A DNA stretch of 64,000 bases from the NCBI GenBank assembly GCA_951406725.2, contig OX597821.1:64914001-64978000 (forward strand), read 5' to 3'. Made by a program: the position numbers and the translations under genes. This stretch comes from Octopus vulgaris (taxonomy: Eukaryota). Within the stretch, counting starts at the first letter, position 1, and every line of letters starts with the position of its first letter. The notes beneath the pieces were generated by a model that did not search any database, had not been told where the DNA came from, and was given only the letters and a program-made list of their open reading frames with translations. This document shows positions 42,806-56,493 of the stretch, piece after piece.

Positions 42806-43110
42806 CATACATACATTCATGAGTAAATATTCATATTTTAAAAGATATGCACACAAACATATATCCATATACGAATATGAGCATATATATATGTTTATGT
42901 GTATGTATGTATTAATGATTATACGTGTGTACATATGTATGTATGCATGCACATACATACAAATATATATTCATATATATATATACCTATGTATGCATGC
43001 AAATACATACAAATATATATTCATATATATATTATTTTAATTATATACTTTCACATTATTCTATATATATATATATATATATGTATCATAGGTACAAAAA
43101 TATAATCCAT

Positions 43111-43177
<67 letters not shown>

Positions 43178-43582
43178 CATGTATTTATATCATATTCAAA
43201 TTTCAAGAGTGGGAGAGGAGACCGAGAAAATAGATATATATTATTGTCACATTATCATAATACTGCATTTTTTATGTTGCCATAAATCATTATATATGCT
43301 TCTTTGGCGCATATTTTTCTGATTCTTCGTAACATACGGAGAATATTTCGTTATTGATGTTTTTTTTTATATATTTTATTAGTTTAACAAAATTTTTTGT
43401 AGCTGACTTGTTTTGCTTTGGTAGATCGATATGTCTTGTTCTATAGGAATGAACTTTCTCAAAAAGGCGAGTAGGTAGCATCTTTATTTAACTGGGTTTT
43501 TTTAATGTTAATTTATATATTTTTGGTTAGACATAAAAAACGATATATATGTATATATACATATATATATATATTCAGATGC

Positions 43583-43630
<48 letters not shown>

Positions 43631-43798
43631 GTGCGTCAGCATCTATGTGTTTGTGTACGCGAGATTGTATGTGCGAGCGCACGTCTGCGTATGTGTGTGT
43701 GAGATTGCTATCTGCTGAAGACGGTCAAGAAATCCGCAACCGGTGATTCATCTGTACAGCAATACATGCGCATACACACACACAAACTTATATATATC

Positions 43799-44212
43799 TC
43801 TTTTACTCTTTTACTCTTTTACTTGTTTCAGTCATTTGACTGCGGCCATGCTGGAGCACCGCCTTTAGTCGAGCAACTCGACCCCGGGACTTATTCTTTT
43901 GTAAACCCAGTACTTATTCTATCGGTTTCTTTTGCCGAACCGCTAAGTGACGGGGACGTAAACACACCAGCATCGGTTGTCAAGCAATGCTAGGGGGACA
44001 AACACACTGACACACAAGCACACACACATACATACATATATACATATATACGACAGGCTTCTTTCAGTTTCCGTCTACCAAATCCACTCACAAGGCATTG
44101 GTCGGCCCGGGGCTATAGCAGAAGACACCTGTCCAAATGCCACGCAGTGGGACTGAACCCGGAACCATGTGGTTGGTTAGCAAGCTACTTACCACACACC
44201 CACTCCTGCGCC

Positions 44213-44214
<2 letters not shown>
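43799..44214 (-). mobile_element. SINE family B, full length, young
   Basis: Near-consensus copy. Confidence 0.93.
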
Positions 44215-44295
<81 letters not shown>

Positions 44296-44510
44296 CTATT
44301 ATTCTTTTATTTGTTTCAGTCATTTAACTGCGGCCATGCTGGAGTAATATCTTTAGTAGAGCAAACCGACCCCAGGACATATTCTTTATAAGCCTAGTAT
44401 TTATTCTGCTGGTCTTTTTTTTTTTGGCGAATCGCTATTTTACGGGGACGTAAACACACCAGCATCAGTTGTCAAGCGATGTTGGGGGGACAAGCACAGC
44501 CACACAAACA
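44296..44510 (-). mobile_element. SINE family B, 3' half (its 5' half is at 49258-49420)
   Basis: Same orientation as, and complementary to, 49258-49420 across the PLE insertion. Confidence 0.75.
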
Positions 44511-44603
44511 TATACATACATACATACATACATACATACATACATACATACACATACATATAAATATAAGTATATATGTATATATATGTGTGTGTGTGTT
44601 TTT

Positions 44604-44658
<55 letters not shown>

Positions 44659-44791
44659 CAATAAATGGTGGGGTTGTGTTGACCGCACGTGGAGAAATGA
44701 TAAGCAAGGAAAAATTGTAAAAATGCAGAATGCTAAATTGAAAGAAAATTTTAATGAAATGAGAAATTGATAAAATATATAAATATATATT

Positions 44792-44833
44792 AATTCAAAA
44801 CGGTTTTCGTCAAAATGTGACTTTTCAAGAATT
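44792..44833 (-). ncRNA. Hammerhead motif, U3-A8 variant, PLE family 2 3' UTR (left arm)
   Basis: rc: AATTC TTGAAAA GTCA CATTT TGAC GAAA ACCGTT TT GAATT. Confidence 0.7.
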
Positions 44834-45503
44834 GTAAGGTAAAATTTTTTGTTTAAAGTGAGAAACGGGAAAAAAAGAAAATTGCATTGTTTTTTGCAAA
44901 AGAATGATAATAAATATGTACAAAAATTAAAAAATAAGTACTCCGATACATTGTGAATTCTTTGTGTATCTTGAGTTTAATGATTGTTCACGAAAAAATT
45001 ACCTTGAAGTATTAGGATCCAATGGGATTAAAACCATGTGTTGTTTAGTTTAATTAGGGATGTTGGCAAAACAGGAAGTAGCAGTAATTGTAGTTCTTCA
45101 GTTCCTGTGTTGTGAATAAGGGGAGACAACTCTTTTGAGTTCTTCAATTTGTGTTAATCAATTTTTTGTAGTAAAGGTTGTTAATAAACCTTAAATTATA
45201 AAATTATCATTTTAGCTTCATTTGCATTATCTTTTTTTATATAATTGTTTGTTAACTTAACATTCAGATTTTAACACTTTATTTATATTATTTTCTAATT
45301 ATATAAATTTGCATAGACCAATTTATAATTACATTTCAGATTGTTATGTCATATATAATAAACTAAAAATGATAGTAATAAAAACAATAGTAAAAATGAT
45401 ATTTGAAGAATACAAGTTTTAGCTTGAAGTGATGAATGCATGGTATCCTTATATATTTGTGTTAGTCCATCCATGAAGAATGAGGTAGAAAAAGGAAGTA
45501 TGA

Positions 45504-46815
45504 TCAACGAGGAGTTTGCATATTAAGTTGTGTTTTGAATTTTTCAATAAAGAGATTCTCCTTGTTAATTCTCTCCTGTGTGGTGATCACGTCTTTACAT
45601 TGGTAGAAGGGGAATATGTAGAATTTGGGATTTAAGTCTTTAGCGCATGAGTCTATGTGGTCACTCAGTGGAATTTGTCGGTATTCCGGGAGATTTATTT
45701 GTTCTTTATGCACCGCTACTCGTTTACGTAACGGGAGACTCGTTTGTCCAACATAATTATGTTGGCAACCAGCGCATGTGAGAACTGAGAACGTACATAA
45801 GGTTCTCGGAGGAACAGGAGAAGTTAGTCTTGATTTTAAACTTTGTTCATTGTTTGAAGGTAAATTCAGAGCCTTCAAGTAGGAAGGGGCAGGTGCCACA
45901 GTTTGGGCATGCACATTTTTTTACTGCTGGGGGTGGATGTGGTGTGTGAAGTTTGGCATTTGTCAAGAGTTTTTAAAAAAATTTGTGTTGCCTTTTACAT
46001 TTAAGGATTTTGTGTGTATTTATAATGTTTTTCATTTTTGGGTCTGTTGAGAGTAGACTGAGGTTTTGTATGATTGTGGTGTATGCTTCGATATTTTTGG
46101 GGTTGTGGGTGGAAATGTATGGAAGTATTTTTGGGTTGTGTGTGGTGTTAGGTTGGGTGGTTTTCAGTGTAATGTTGTCTAGTTCTTTGGCGCGTTTTAT
46201 TCCATACTCTATAAGGGTGGAGGGATATTGGCGTTGTAATAGTATTTTTTTGAGGTCTTGAAGGCGTATTTCTCGTGTTTTTTGGATCCGAGACAATGGT
46301 GCATACCCTTTTAGCTAAATTGAAAGGGATATTTGTCTTTGTGTGTTTTGGGTGGCATGAACTAAAGAGGAGGTATTGTTGTGAGTAGTAGGTTTGTGGT
46401 AGTTGTCTGTTATGATTTGGTTCTTAGGTGTTTTTATAATTAGGAGATCAAGGAATGGGAGATGATGTTTGCTTAATTCCATAATGAATTGGATGTTGGG
46501 ATGTATGTTGTTCAGTGTGGTTTTGAATTCCAGAAGTTTTTCATAAGGTTCTTTCCATATGATGAAACAATCATCCAAATACCTTTTCCAGTTTTCCATT
46601 AGGTAGGTGTGGAAAACATGTCCAAATTTCTGGCGTGATATTTCATAGAGTGATAGTTCGAAGAAACCCATTATGAGGTTCGCAAGGACTGGTGCTGCCT
46701 TGGTACCCATCGCAATACCACATTTTTGACGGTAGTGTGTGTTGTCGAAGAGAAAAGAATTGTTTGTCAGAATGAACTTGAGTGATTCTGTAATAAAAGT
46801 CTTGTGATTCTGTAA
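45504..46815 (-). pseudogene. PLE RT-GIY-YIG, frameshifted (left arm)
   Basis: QKCGIAMGTKAAPVLANL, WKRYLDDCF, LPFLD, CAGCQHNYVGQT spread over several frames. Confidence 0.9.
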
Positions 46816-46821
46816 TAAATG

Positions 46822-48285
46822 TTTCATTAGGGATGATCTGGACATGCTCAAACACCTCCCGAAAACAGTTAACGAGGAGGCGCTCCTGGTATCCTTTGAT
46901 GTCATCAACCTCTACACCAACATCCCACATGAATATGGTATAGAGGCAATTGATTTCTGGCTAGAAAAACGCCCAGAGACATTCCCTGACCGCATTCACA
47001 AGACATTTATTACAGAATCACTCAAGTTCATTCTGACAAACAATTTTTTTCTCTTCGACAACACACACTACCGTCAAAAATGTGGTATTGCGATGGGTAC
47101 CAAGGCAGCACCAGTCCTTGCGAACCTCATAATGGGTTTCTTCGAACTATCACTCTATGAAATATCACGCCAGGAATTTGGACATGTTTTCCACACCTAC
47201 CTAATGGAAAAGGTATTTGGATGATTGTTTCATCATATGGAAAGAACCTTATGAAAAACTTCTGGAATTCAAAACCATACTGAACAACATACATCCCAAC
47301 ATCCAATTCACTATGGAATTAAGCAAACATCATCTCCCATTCCTTGATCTCCTAATTATAAAAAACACCTAAGAACCAAAACATAACAGACATCTACCAC
47401 AAACCTACAGACTCACAACAATACCTCCTCTTTAGTTCATGCCACCCAAAACACACCAAGACAAATATCCCTTTCAATTTAGCTAAAAGGGTATGCACCA
47501 TTGTCTCGGATCGAAAAACACGAGAAATACGCCTTCAGGACCTCAAGAAAATACTATTACAACGCCAATATCCCTCCACCCTTATAGAGTATGGAATGAA
47601 ACGCGCCAAAGAACTAGACAACATTACAATGAAAACCACCCAACCTAACACCACACACAACCCAAAAATACTTCCATACATTTCCACCCACAACCCCAAA
47701 AATATCGAAGCATACACCACAATCATACAAAACCTCAGTCTACTCTCAACAGACCCAAAAATGAAAAACATTATAAATACACACAAAATCCTCAAATGTA
47801 AAAGGCAACGCAAATCTTTAAAAAAACTCTTGGCATATGCCAAACTTCACACACCACATCCACCCCCAGCAGTAAAAAAATGTGCATGCCCAAACTGTGG
47901 CACCTGCCCCTTCCTACTTGAAGGCTCTGAATTTACCTTCAAACAAGGAACGAAGTTTAAAATCAAGACTAACTTCTCCTGTTCCTCCGAGAACCTTATC
48001 TACGTTCTCACATGCGCTGGTTGCCAACATAATTATGTTGGACAAACGAGTCTCCCGTTTGGTAAACGAGTAGCGGTGCATAAAGAACAAATAAATCTCC
48101 CGGAATACCGACAAATTCCACTGAGTGACCACATAGACTCATGCGCTAAAGACTTAAATCCCAAATTCTACATATTCCCCTTCTACCAATGTAAAGACGT
48201 GATCACCACACAGGAGAGAATTAACAAGGAGAATCTCTTTATTGAAAAATTCAAAACACAACTTAATATGCAAACTCCTCGTTGA
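46822..48285 (+). pseudogene. PLE RT-GIY-YIG, frameshifted (right arm)
   Basis: SFDVINLYTNIP, QKCGIAMGTKAAP, 8-bp deletion just before YLDD, CACPNCGTC, NLIYVLTCAGC..YVGQT. Confidence 0.9.
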
Positions 48286-48953
48286 TCATACTTCCTTTTT
48301 CTACCTCATTCTTCATGGATGGACTAACACAAATATATAAGGATACCATGCATTCATCACTTCAAGCTAAAACTTATATTCTTTAAATATCATTTTTACT
48401 ATTGTTGTTATTACTATCATTTTAATTTTATTATATATGACATAACAATCTGAAATGTAATTATAAATTGGTCTATGCAAATTTATATAATTAGAAAATG
48501 ATATAAATAAAGTGTTAAAATCTGAATGTTAAGTTAACAAACAATTATATAAAAAAGATAATGCAAATGAAGCTAAAATGATAATTTTATAATTTAAGGT
48601 TTATTAACAACCTTTATTACAAAAAATTGATAAACACAAATTGAAGAACTCAAAAGAGTTGTCTCCCCTTATTCACAACACAGGAACTGAAGAACTACAA
48701 TTACTGCTACTTCCTGTTTTGCCAACATCCTTAATTAAACTAAACAACACATGGTTTTAATCCCATTGGATCCTAATACTTCAAGGTAATTTTTTCGTGA
48801 ACAATCATTAAACTCAAGATACACAAAGAATTCACAATGTATCGGAGTACTTATTTTTTAATTTTTGTACATATTTATTATTATTCTTTTGCATAAAACA
48901 ATGCAATTTTCTTTTTTCCCCTTTCTCACTTTAAAAAAAAATTTTTACCTTAC

Positions 48954-48995
48954 AATTCTTGAAAAGTCACATTATGACGAAAACCGTTTTGAATT
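48954..48995 (+). ncRNA. Hammerhead motif, U3-A8 variant, PLE family 2 3' UTR (right arm)
   Basis: AATTC TTGAAAA GTCA CATTA TGAC GAAA ACCGTT TT GAATT; stems I and II perfect, UUU triplet. Confidence 0.7.
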
Positions 48996-49081
48996 AATAT
49001 ATATTTATATATTTTATCAATTTCTCATTTCATTAAAATTTTCTTTCAATTTAGCATTCTGCATTTTTACAATTTTTCCTT

Positions 49082-49420
<339 letters not shown>

Positions 49421-49530
49421 TTTTTTTTTCTTTACCTGTCCTTCTAATTGTTGTTTCTCGTGTCCACCTTTTTATCGTATATCTGTCCGAACGTTTTAAT
49501 GCCCTATGTTGCATTTTTGTTCCATTTTTA

Positions 49531-49690
<160 letters not shown>

Positions 49691-50244
49691 TATTTATATA
49701 TAGACATGGTGCGACATATACATATGTGTCTGTATATGTCAACACCACACGGTGTTGGTGTTCACGTCTGCGTAACTTATTGGTTCGGTAAAGAGATCGC
49801 TAGTATAAATACGAAGTTTAAATATAAGTTATTTGGGTTGATTCATTCGACGAAAAATTCCTTCAAAGCCGTGCCCCAGCGTGGCAGCAGTCTAACGACA
49901 GAGACAAGTGTAGCGTGAAAGATGAAAGATGAATGATACATGCATTCATACATAAATACATAGAAATACATGCATATATATATAGAATAAATTTCCATAT
50001 GCATATTTATATGTAATATGTGCAGCAGTGATTGCAAAAGAACTTTGTTCACATATAAATTCAATGCTCAATTATGCAGAGCGGGCCCAACGTAAGAGCT
50101 TAGGTTTGTATAGTGAAGTTAATAGATAAACGAGACTCAGGTCAAGTTCTATTCTGACCCACAATGATCTGCGTGTGATTAATTTATCCACTGAAAGCAT
50201 TAAAAGAGATCTCCGCCGGGCTTCTGACTAACAATAGAAATTAA

Positions 50245-50650
50245 GTTTGCTTCCCAGCCACATGGTTCCGGGTTCAGTCCCACTGCGTGTTACGCTGGGC
50301 AAGTGACTTCTAATTATGGCCTCGGACCGACCAAAGCTTTGTGAGTGGATTTGGTAGACGGAAACTGAAAGAATCCCATTGGATATGTGTGCGTCTGTGT
50401 GTGTGTGCGTCCGTGCGCACTGGCTTGTGCATGTGTGAGTGTTTGTGTCTGTGTTTGTCTTCCACCACTGCTTGTTGATGGGTTTACTTTCCTGTAACTT
50501 AGGGGTTCACAAAAAGACATCGTTACAATAAATAACAGGCATTAAAAATTAAGTACTGGGGGTCGATTTTTACGATTAGAATTTTTCAGACCAGCGCCCT
50601 TAGCATCGCCCGCAATCTAAAGACTGGAAAATGAGTAGAAGAATAAAAGA
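50245..50650 (+). mobile_element. SINE family B, diverged
   Basis: Head GGTTCCGGGTTCAGTCCCACTGCGTG and body blocks. Confidence 0.8.
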
Positions 50651-51279
50651 ACAAATTCGCGCGCATGCGTTCACACACACATACTAACATTCTCTCTTCG
50701 GTGCATCTCGTTTACAAAAACGAAATTAATTTAGCTGTTATTATATTTATCCATACTTAGTTTCTACATGAATATTTTAGCTTTGTGGTTTCCATTCCAG
50801 GAGTAATTAACTTAAATTAAGAACAAATGGTTTTCTTTTAGATTGCATCCGTGGTTTAGAGAAAAATCCCATTTATTCTCTCCCTTGACGATAGAAAAAT
50901 TCTCACATGCCATATAAAGGAGTTTACTAAGTGTAAACCAAAGAAAATAGGAAAAAAATCTAAGGCCCTCAGATCTGCTACAAGTTGATATTTTTGGTCT
51001 TCGTTCAAAACTGCACTTGGAATACTGATATAGAAAAGCAAAACCAAATTTTGGTGAAGGAAATCTATTTAAGCACCAAATTTGTTCACAGAAATATTTC
51101 ATTGGCTCACCACATAAATGCCCGTTCATCTCTCGTTTAATTATTGAGCTTCATATTAGTTTTGATGAGAAGTGTTATCTGCCATGTTGAATAAGGTACG
51201 TAGTGCTTCCGTGCGACTGCAGTAAACTTGTAATCAGATCATTACTATTGGTGGAGTTCGATTTATTTTAGGAGCTTCC

Positions 51280-52385
51280 AAGGAGGAGACCTGATAGTAC
51301 TGTTAGCATGCCAGGAAAAAATGCTTAGTGGCATCTCGTCCGTTTTTGTGTTCTGAGTTCAAATTCCACCGAGGTCAACTTTGCCTTTCATTATTTAGGG
51401 GTCGATAAAATATGCACCAGTTGAGCACTGGGGTCGATGTAATCAACTTATACCCTCCCTGAAATTGTTGGTCTTGTGCGAAAATTTGAAACCAATGCTA
51501 GAAGCTTTCTAAGATGGTGACTGACAGAATCGTTATTACGTCGAACAAGATTCTTAGCGGCATTTTTTTCCTTCCATACGCCCTGAGTTCCAACTCCGTC
51601 GTGGTCAATTTTGCTTTTCATTCCTTCGAGTTATAGACTGCCCCAAAATTTCTAGCCTTGTGCCAAATCTTGAAACCAGTGTCGGGGGCTTCCTGTTTTC
51701 ATATACCTAGGGTCAGGCAAGGCTGAGTGAGTGGTTAAGAATCTCACTTTAGAATCATGTGTTTTGTTAGGCTCAATCCCACTGACAAATATCTTTTACT
51801 ATAACCCCGAGCCGACCCACACTGTGTAAGTGAATTAGGTAGGCGGAAACTATGCGGAACCCCGCCGTATGTGTGTGTGTGCGTGAGTGTGTGCTGTGTG
51901 CATGTGTGTTAGTGTTTGTCCCCCACACCATTTGCCAACCTGTTTTTGTGTATGTTCTATTAACTAAAGGCATGTAAGAGTCTGTGAGGATGTGCAGCAT
52001 ACTTTAAAATGATATGTACTGAGGTGGACTCTTAGACTAAACTATTCAAGGCTGCACATGGCCGCAGTCAACTGAAAAAAAAGAGTAAAAGAAAAAAGAT
52101 CAAAGCTATTTATTTCTTATCGAAAAATTACTGCGCGATTCGATGAACATTGAAAACTGTCGAATATATTGTTTTCAAATTTTGGCACAAAGCCAGCAAG
52201 TTCAGGGGAAGTTTTAAGTCGATTACATCGACTCCGGTGTTTTATTGGTATTCGTTAAATCGATCATGAAAGAATGAGAGGCAAAGTCGACCTTGAAAGG
52301 ATATGAATCAAGAATGTGAAGACGGATGAACTATCGCTAAGCATTTTTTCCGGCATGCTAACGATTCTGCCAAATCGCCCTCCTA
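51280..52385. mobile_element. SINE cluster: two family A (+, 51280-51680), family B (+, 51720-52100), family A (-, 52170-52385)
   Basis: Diverged matches to the window consensus blocks. Confidence 0.7.
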
Positions 52386-53020
52386 CCCTTAACTATGGAA
52401 TATAGTACATGTTACAGGCGTCAGCAAGAAGCTATGCCATACATAGCACTTATAACGCAGGCTATCGATGAGCGTCTTCCAATTTATCCCGATCTATATA
52501 TGTAAACAGATTTTTGATGATGCATCTGAAATATATACTTTGAACTTGTAAAACCAAACCAAACGATAACTCGAACACACACACACACATACACACAGAC
52601 ACACAAACACCAAGACCCATATAGACGCAGACACACATGCATTCACACATAACTACACACACATAGACATATGCACACATGCACAATACAAACAAGCATA
52701 CAAACAAACACACACACATATATACTTACACTTATAGTTTTTTTATTTCACAATGTTCACTCTCACTCTCTCTCTCTCTCTTTATATATATATATATATA
52801 TATAGGCTATGAGAGGTAGTGGTGTCAGTAAGACCCACAGATGTCAGGTAATGCTGAATGAGTGCTATGGATAGACTATCGTTAAGTTCCAGGTTCGTTG
52901 ATTATGCGAATAAGGGGTCCAACTTAGGTCATATATCAGTTTGTGTATCTAACAAATTTTGTTCCCTAATGAGATAAAGAACAAAGGCTGTGTAGGTTTT
53001 AGAACATTTCTAATTACAAG

Positions 53021-53068
53021 GACTTACAGCTATTTCCAGAATATTTATTATATCACTTCATCGGAGAC
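53021..53068 (-). ncRNA. Hammerhead motif, U4C variant, in element 52810-53095
   Basis: rc: GTCT CCGATGA AG TGATAT AATAA ATATT CT G GAAA TAGCTG TA AGTC. Confidence 0.55.
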
Positions 53069-53156
53069 GGTGTGAGAAGAAGGTTAAGCAATAATGAATC
53101 GATGGCGATTATTTTTGCAACGTCTTCCTTTGCTATTGGACTTTCTTCTGTCCCCC

Positions 53157-53191
53157 GTTTCTGAAGAAGAGCTTTGCTCGAAACGTAAAAC
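53157..53191 (+). ncRNA. Intact minimal hammerhead ribozyme in element 53100-53295
   Basis: GTTT CTGAAGA A GAGC TTT GCTC GAAA CG TA AAAC; canonical core, palindromic ACGT stem III, GUA triplet. Confidence 0.85.
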
Positions 53192-53326
53192 CACCTTTCT
53201 TTCCTTCCCTTAGCGTCTGCTAATACTTTGCATGTACCGCGTTCGTTAGTTATTTTTTGTACCGCGTTCATTTTCGTTATTTTTGGGATTTACTATATAT
53301 ATGCATATGTATACACACACACATAA

Positions 53327-53385
<59 letters not shown>

Positions 53386-53565
53386 GGTGACCCATCAAAA
53401 TGGAGGTGCCCCAGCAAAATGGCGGTGCCCCAGCAAAATGGCAGTGCCCCAGCATGGCCACAGCTCGTTAGCTGAAACTAGATAAAATAAATAAATAAAT
53501 AAAATAAAATAAAAATATATATATATAAATTCTATAGAAGCCACAACTTAAAAATAACTGGTTAA

Positions 53566-53627
53566 TTCTCTATTGCAATTTCAACGTTTGAGACCTCTTA
53601 AGGGACACATTCGTCTCGTCAGGGGAA
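53566..53627 (-). ncRNA. Hammerhead ribozyme motif
   Basis: rc: TTCCC CTGACGA GACG..CGTT GAAA TTGCAA TA GAGAA; palindromic ATTGCAAT stem III, AUA triplet. Confidence 0.7.
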
Positions 53628-54318
53628 ATATTCCTGTAGATAGAAATCAAAACAAGGCTTTACCTTGGGGCTAGCGTGAATTTCGATCGGCAAAAGAAAT
53701 GTTTCAACCTCTATCTACACATTCAACTTTTGAATTCAAATACCATGCACAGCGTTTATGCGAAAAGACCGGTAAATTCTAACTACGGCAAAATCACTGG
53801 ATATGAATTAGGAAAATTTAAATAAGTAGAGAGTAATGTAATAAAACATTACGGAGGATATATTATAAAATATTAAGATTATTTATGAATATATCAATGG
53901 CCAAACATGTTATCATAAAATACATAGTAGAACGTTTATAATTAGGAATAAGAGGGTTCGATATATCATTTCGCCCGAAGACAGTTTTTATCGCGAGGAG
54001 AAATATTATGAGTGATAAACTGGTTTTAATGCGGTTTTGGGTGCTAGATTTAACATGTAAGGGTTTTGAAACCATCTTAGTTATAACTGTGATTTTTTCA
54101 TAATTATAAATGCTCTTCTATGTATTTTATAATAACATGCCTTGCCATTGATATATTCATAAATAATCTTAATTGTTTATAATATATCCTCCGTAATATT
54201 TTATTACTTTACTTTCTAATTATTTAATTTTTCCCAACTCATGCCCGGTATAGAGGGTGAAATATTTCTCTTGCCGGTCGGAATTCATGCTAGCTCTGAT
54301 TTCTATCTATAGGAATAT

Positions 54319-54380
54319 TTCCCCTGAAGAGATGAAAGGGTCCCTTAAGAGGTCCCTAAATTCGAAAAAGCAATAGGGAA
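54319..54380 (+). ncRNA. Hammerhead ribozyme motif
   Basis: TTCCC CTGAAGA GA..AGGG..CCCT..TC GAAA AAGCAA TA GGGAA; stem I UUCCC/GGGAA. Confidence 0.7.
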
Positions 54381-54681
54381 TTAACCAGTTATTTTTAAGT
54401 TGTGGATTATGTTTGTCATGTCGCTCGAAAACAGTTTTTATCGCGAGGAGAAATAATATAAGTGATAAAATGGGTTTATAGCGGTTTTGGCTGCTATTTC
54501 TAACATGTAAGGGTTTTAAAACCGTCTTAGTTATAACTGTGACTTGTTCATAATTATAAACGGTCTTCTATGTATTTTATGATAAGATTTTCGGCCTCTG
54601 CTCTGATATATTCATAAATAATCTTAATTATTTATAATATATCCTCCGTAATGTTTTCTTACATTACTTTCTAATTACATA

Positions 54682-54729
<48 letters not shown>

Positions 54730-54733
<4 letters not shown>

Positions 54734-55062
54734 AGAGTTATTGCTATCCAGAAGACCGAATGCAGCAGGTAAGGCTGTGTAAGTGCTATGGAAGGACTGA
54801 AGTTAAATACTCAGTTCAATAATAAGAGTGAGGAATCTAATGTGGGTCTTGTATGAGCATATAAATGTTAGATAAAATGAGATGGGAAAGCGAAGGTTGT
54901 GTGGAATTTTCGGGATATTTATAAAAAGAAAGTTATTCTTACAGTTGTTTGTGGGATATTAGTGATGTCCCTTATATCCCAGAAACAGCTGTAAGGCTAA
55001 CTTTCTTTTTATAATAGTCCTGAAAACTCCATACAACCCTGGTTTTGTTATCTCATCTTATT
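54730..55062. mobile_element. Foldback copy of the 22520/52810 HHR family
   Basis: About 54870-54959 is inverted at about 54974-55062; the 3' half of the HHR (GAAACAGCTGTAAG) lies at the fold. Confidence 0.6.
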
Positions 55063-55183
<121 letters not shown>

Positions 55184-55859
55184 TAGATAGTTAGATAGAT
55201 AGTTTGATAGATAGGTAGAATAAAAATATAAATTAACCCTATGTATGAGCACACATAGGCATACATACATATATGAATATATATATTAGCCATATACATA
55301 CATATTTTGCTCTGATGATTTTAAGACAATCAGGAAAAAAAAACACGGGGGAAATACAGAACTGCGTGACGGTGTATTTGAATGACTTAAGATTGGCTTC
55401 GTCGTCCTAAAGTCTGCAATCAATTCCTACCGGTGTCAAAGTTTTTAATGAGTCAATATCATTACAAGTATGTTAGGCTTGAAACCACGTCCATTTGCTC
55501 TCCATTAACCTTATAGTAATATAAAGCTTTCACAGTTATCAAAATGAAATGAGATAGAAATCCTGCAATACCCATGTCCTTTTGATGTGCATTACCTTCG
55601 TTAGCTACTATGCATTATTTCCAGTACATTCAAATATTCATCTAATTTAGTATTTCTCATCTTAGTTTTAAGCCGATGAGAAATAAACCTTTTCCGGTCC
55701 CTGATATTGGGATCTACTCTACCTGTGTTTTCCCAGAGGAGAGGGGGCTGATGGAGGATGCTGTATGCTACTAACTCGTTCATCAGACTGGATTGGGATA
55801 CATTGAGTAACATTTATTGCATTTTCCCTTTCAGAAAAAAAAAATCTTTACAAATGTTC

Positions 55860-56225
55860 ACGGCATGGTTGTGTAGTAAGAAGTTTCCTTCCTAACTACA
55901 TAGTACCGAGGTCAATCCTACTGCGTGGCACCTTGGGAAAGTGTCTTCAACTATAGCCTCGGGCTGACGAAAGCCTTCAGAGTGGATTTAGTAGACGGAA
56001 ACAGAAAGAAACTAGTCACGTGTGTGTGTGTTGGTGTAGGTGTGTGTGTGTTGGTGTAGGTGTGTGTGTATCTATGTGTGGGTGTGTGTGTCTGTGTATG
56101 TATTAGTCATTCACAGCCACTCGACAACCAGTACTGGTGTGTTTACATCCCTGTAACTTAGCAGTTCGAGACCATGCCCCAGCATGGCCACAGTCTAATG
56201 ACTGAAGCAAAGTAAAGGATAAAGC
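55860..56225 (+). mobile_element. SINE family B, internally deleted
   Basis: Head, CORE-like block and tail recognisable. Confidence 0.8.
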
Positions 56226-56493
56226 GTACCTTTCAAAATCTACATCAGCCAAGCAAATGAGCTTTTTTCTAAATGCATTCGAAACATTCTATAATTACAG
56301 TGGTGTGTTATAATCATCTTCACATTCCTATACTTCACAGAGGTATAAAGTTGGTCGGTGATAAACAAAATCATTTGGAAATAAATTAAAGAGTCCAATA
56401 CTACAAAAAAGCTAGGTACGTACTTCAGAACTATTCACCGAGTTGGTCGTTGTCGGTTTTTTTTACAAAAATAGACAGTATGTACAACTATAT

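Larger units (their letters stand above)
53538..54680. mobile_element. 450-bp HHR-bearing unit in inverted plus tandem array between (TA)n tracts
   Basis: 53971 and 54421 start matching units (period 450); 53538-53944 is an inverted copy of about 54101-54408. Confidence 0.8.

Noticed and set aside
43715-43745. CTGAAGA..GCAA CCGG TG HHR-like string
   Set aside because: GAAA and the cleavage triplet are both mutated; no stem I
55725-55815. Possible exon or HHR (rc CTGATGA)
   Set aside because: Stops in all plus frames after the candidate acceptor, and no consistent HHR stems
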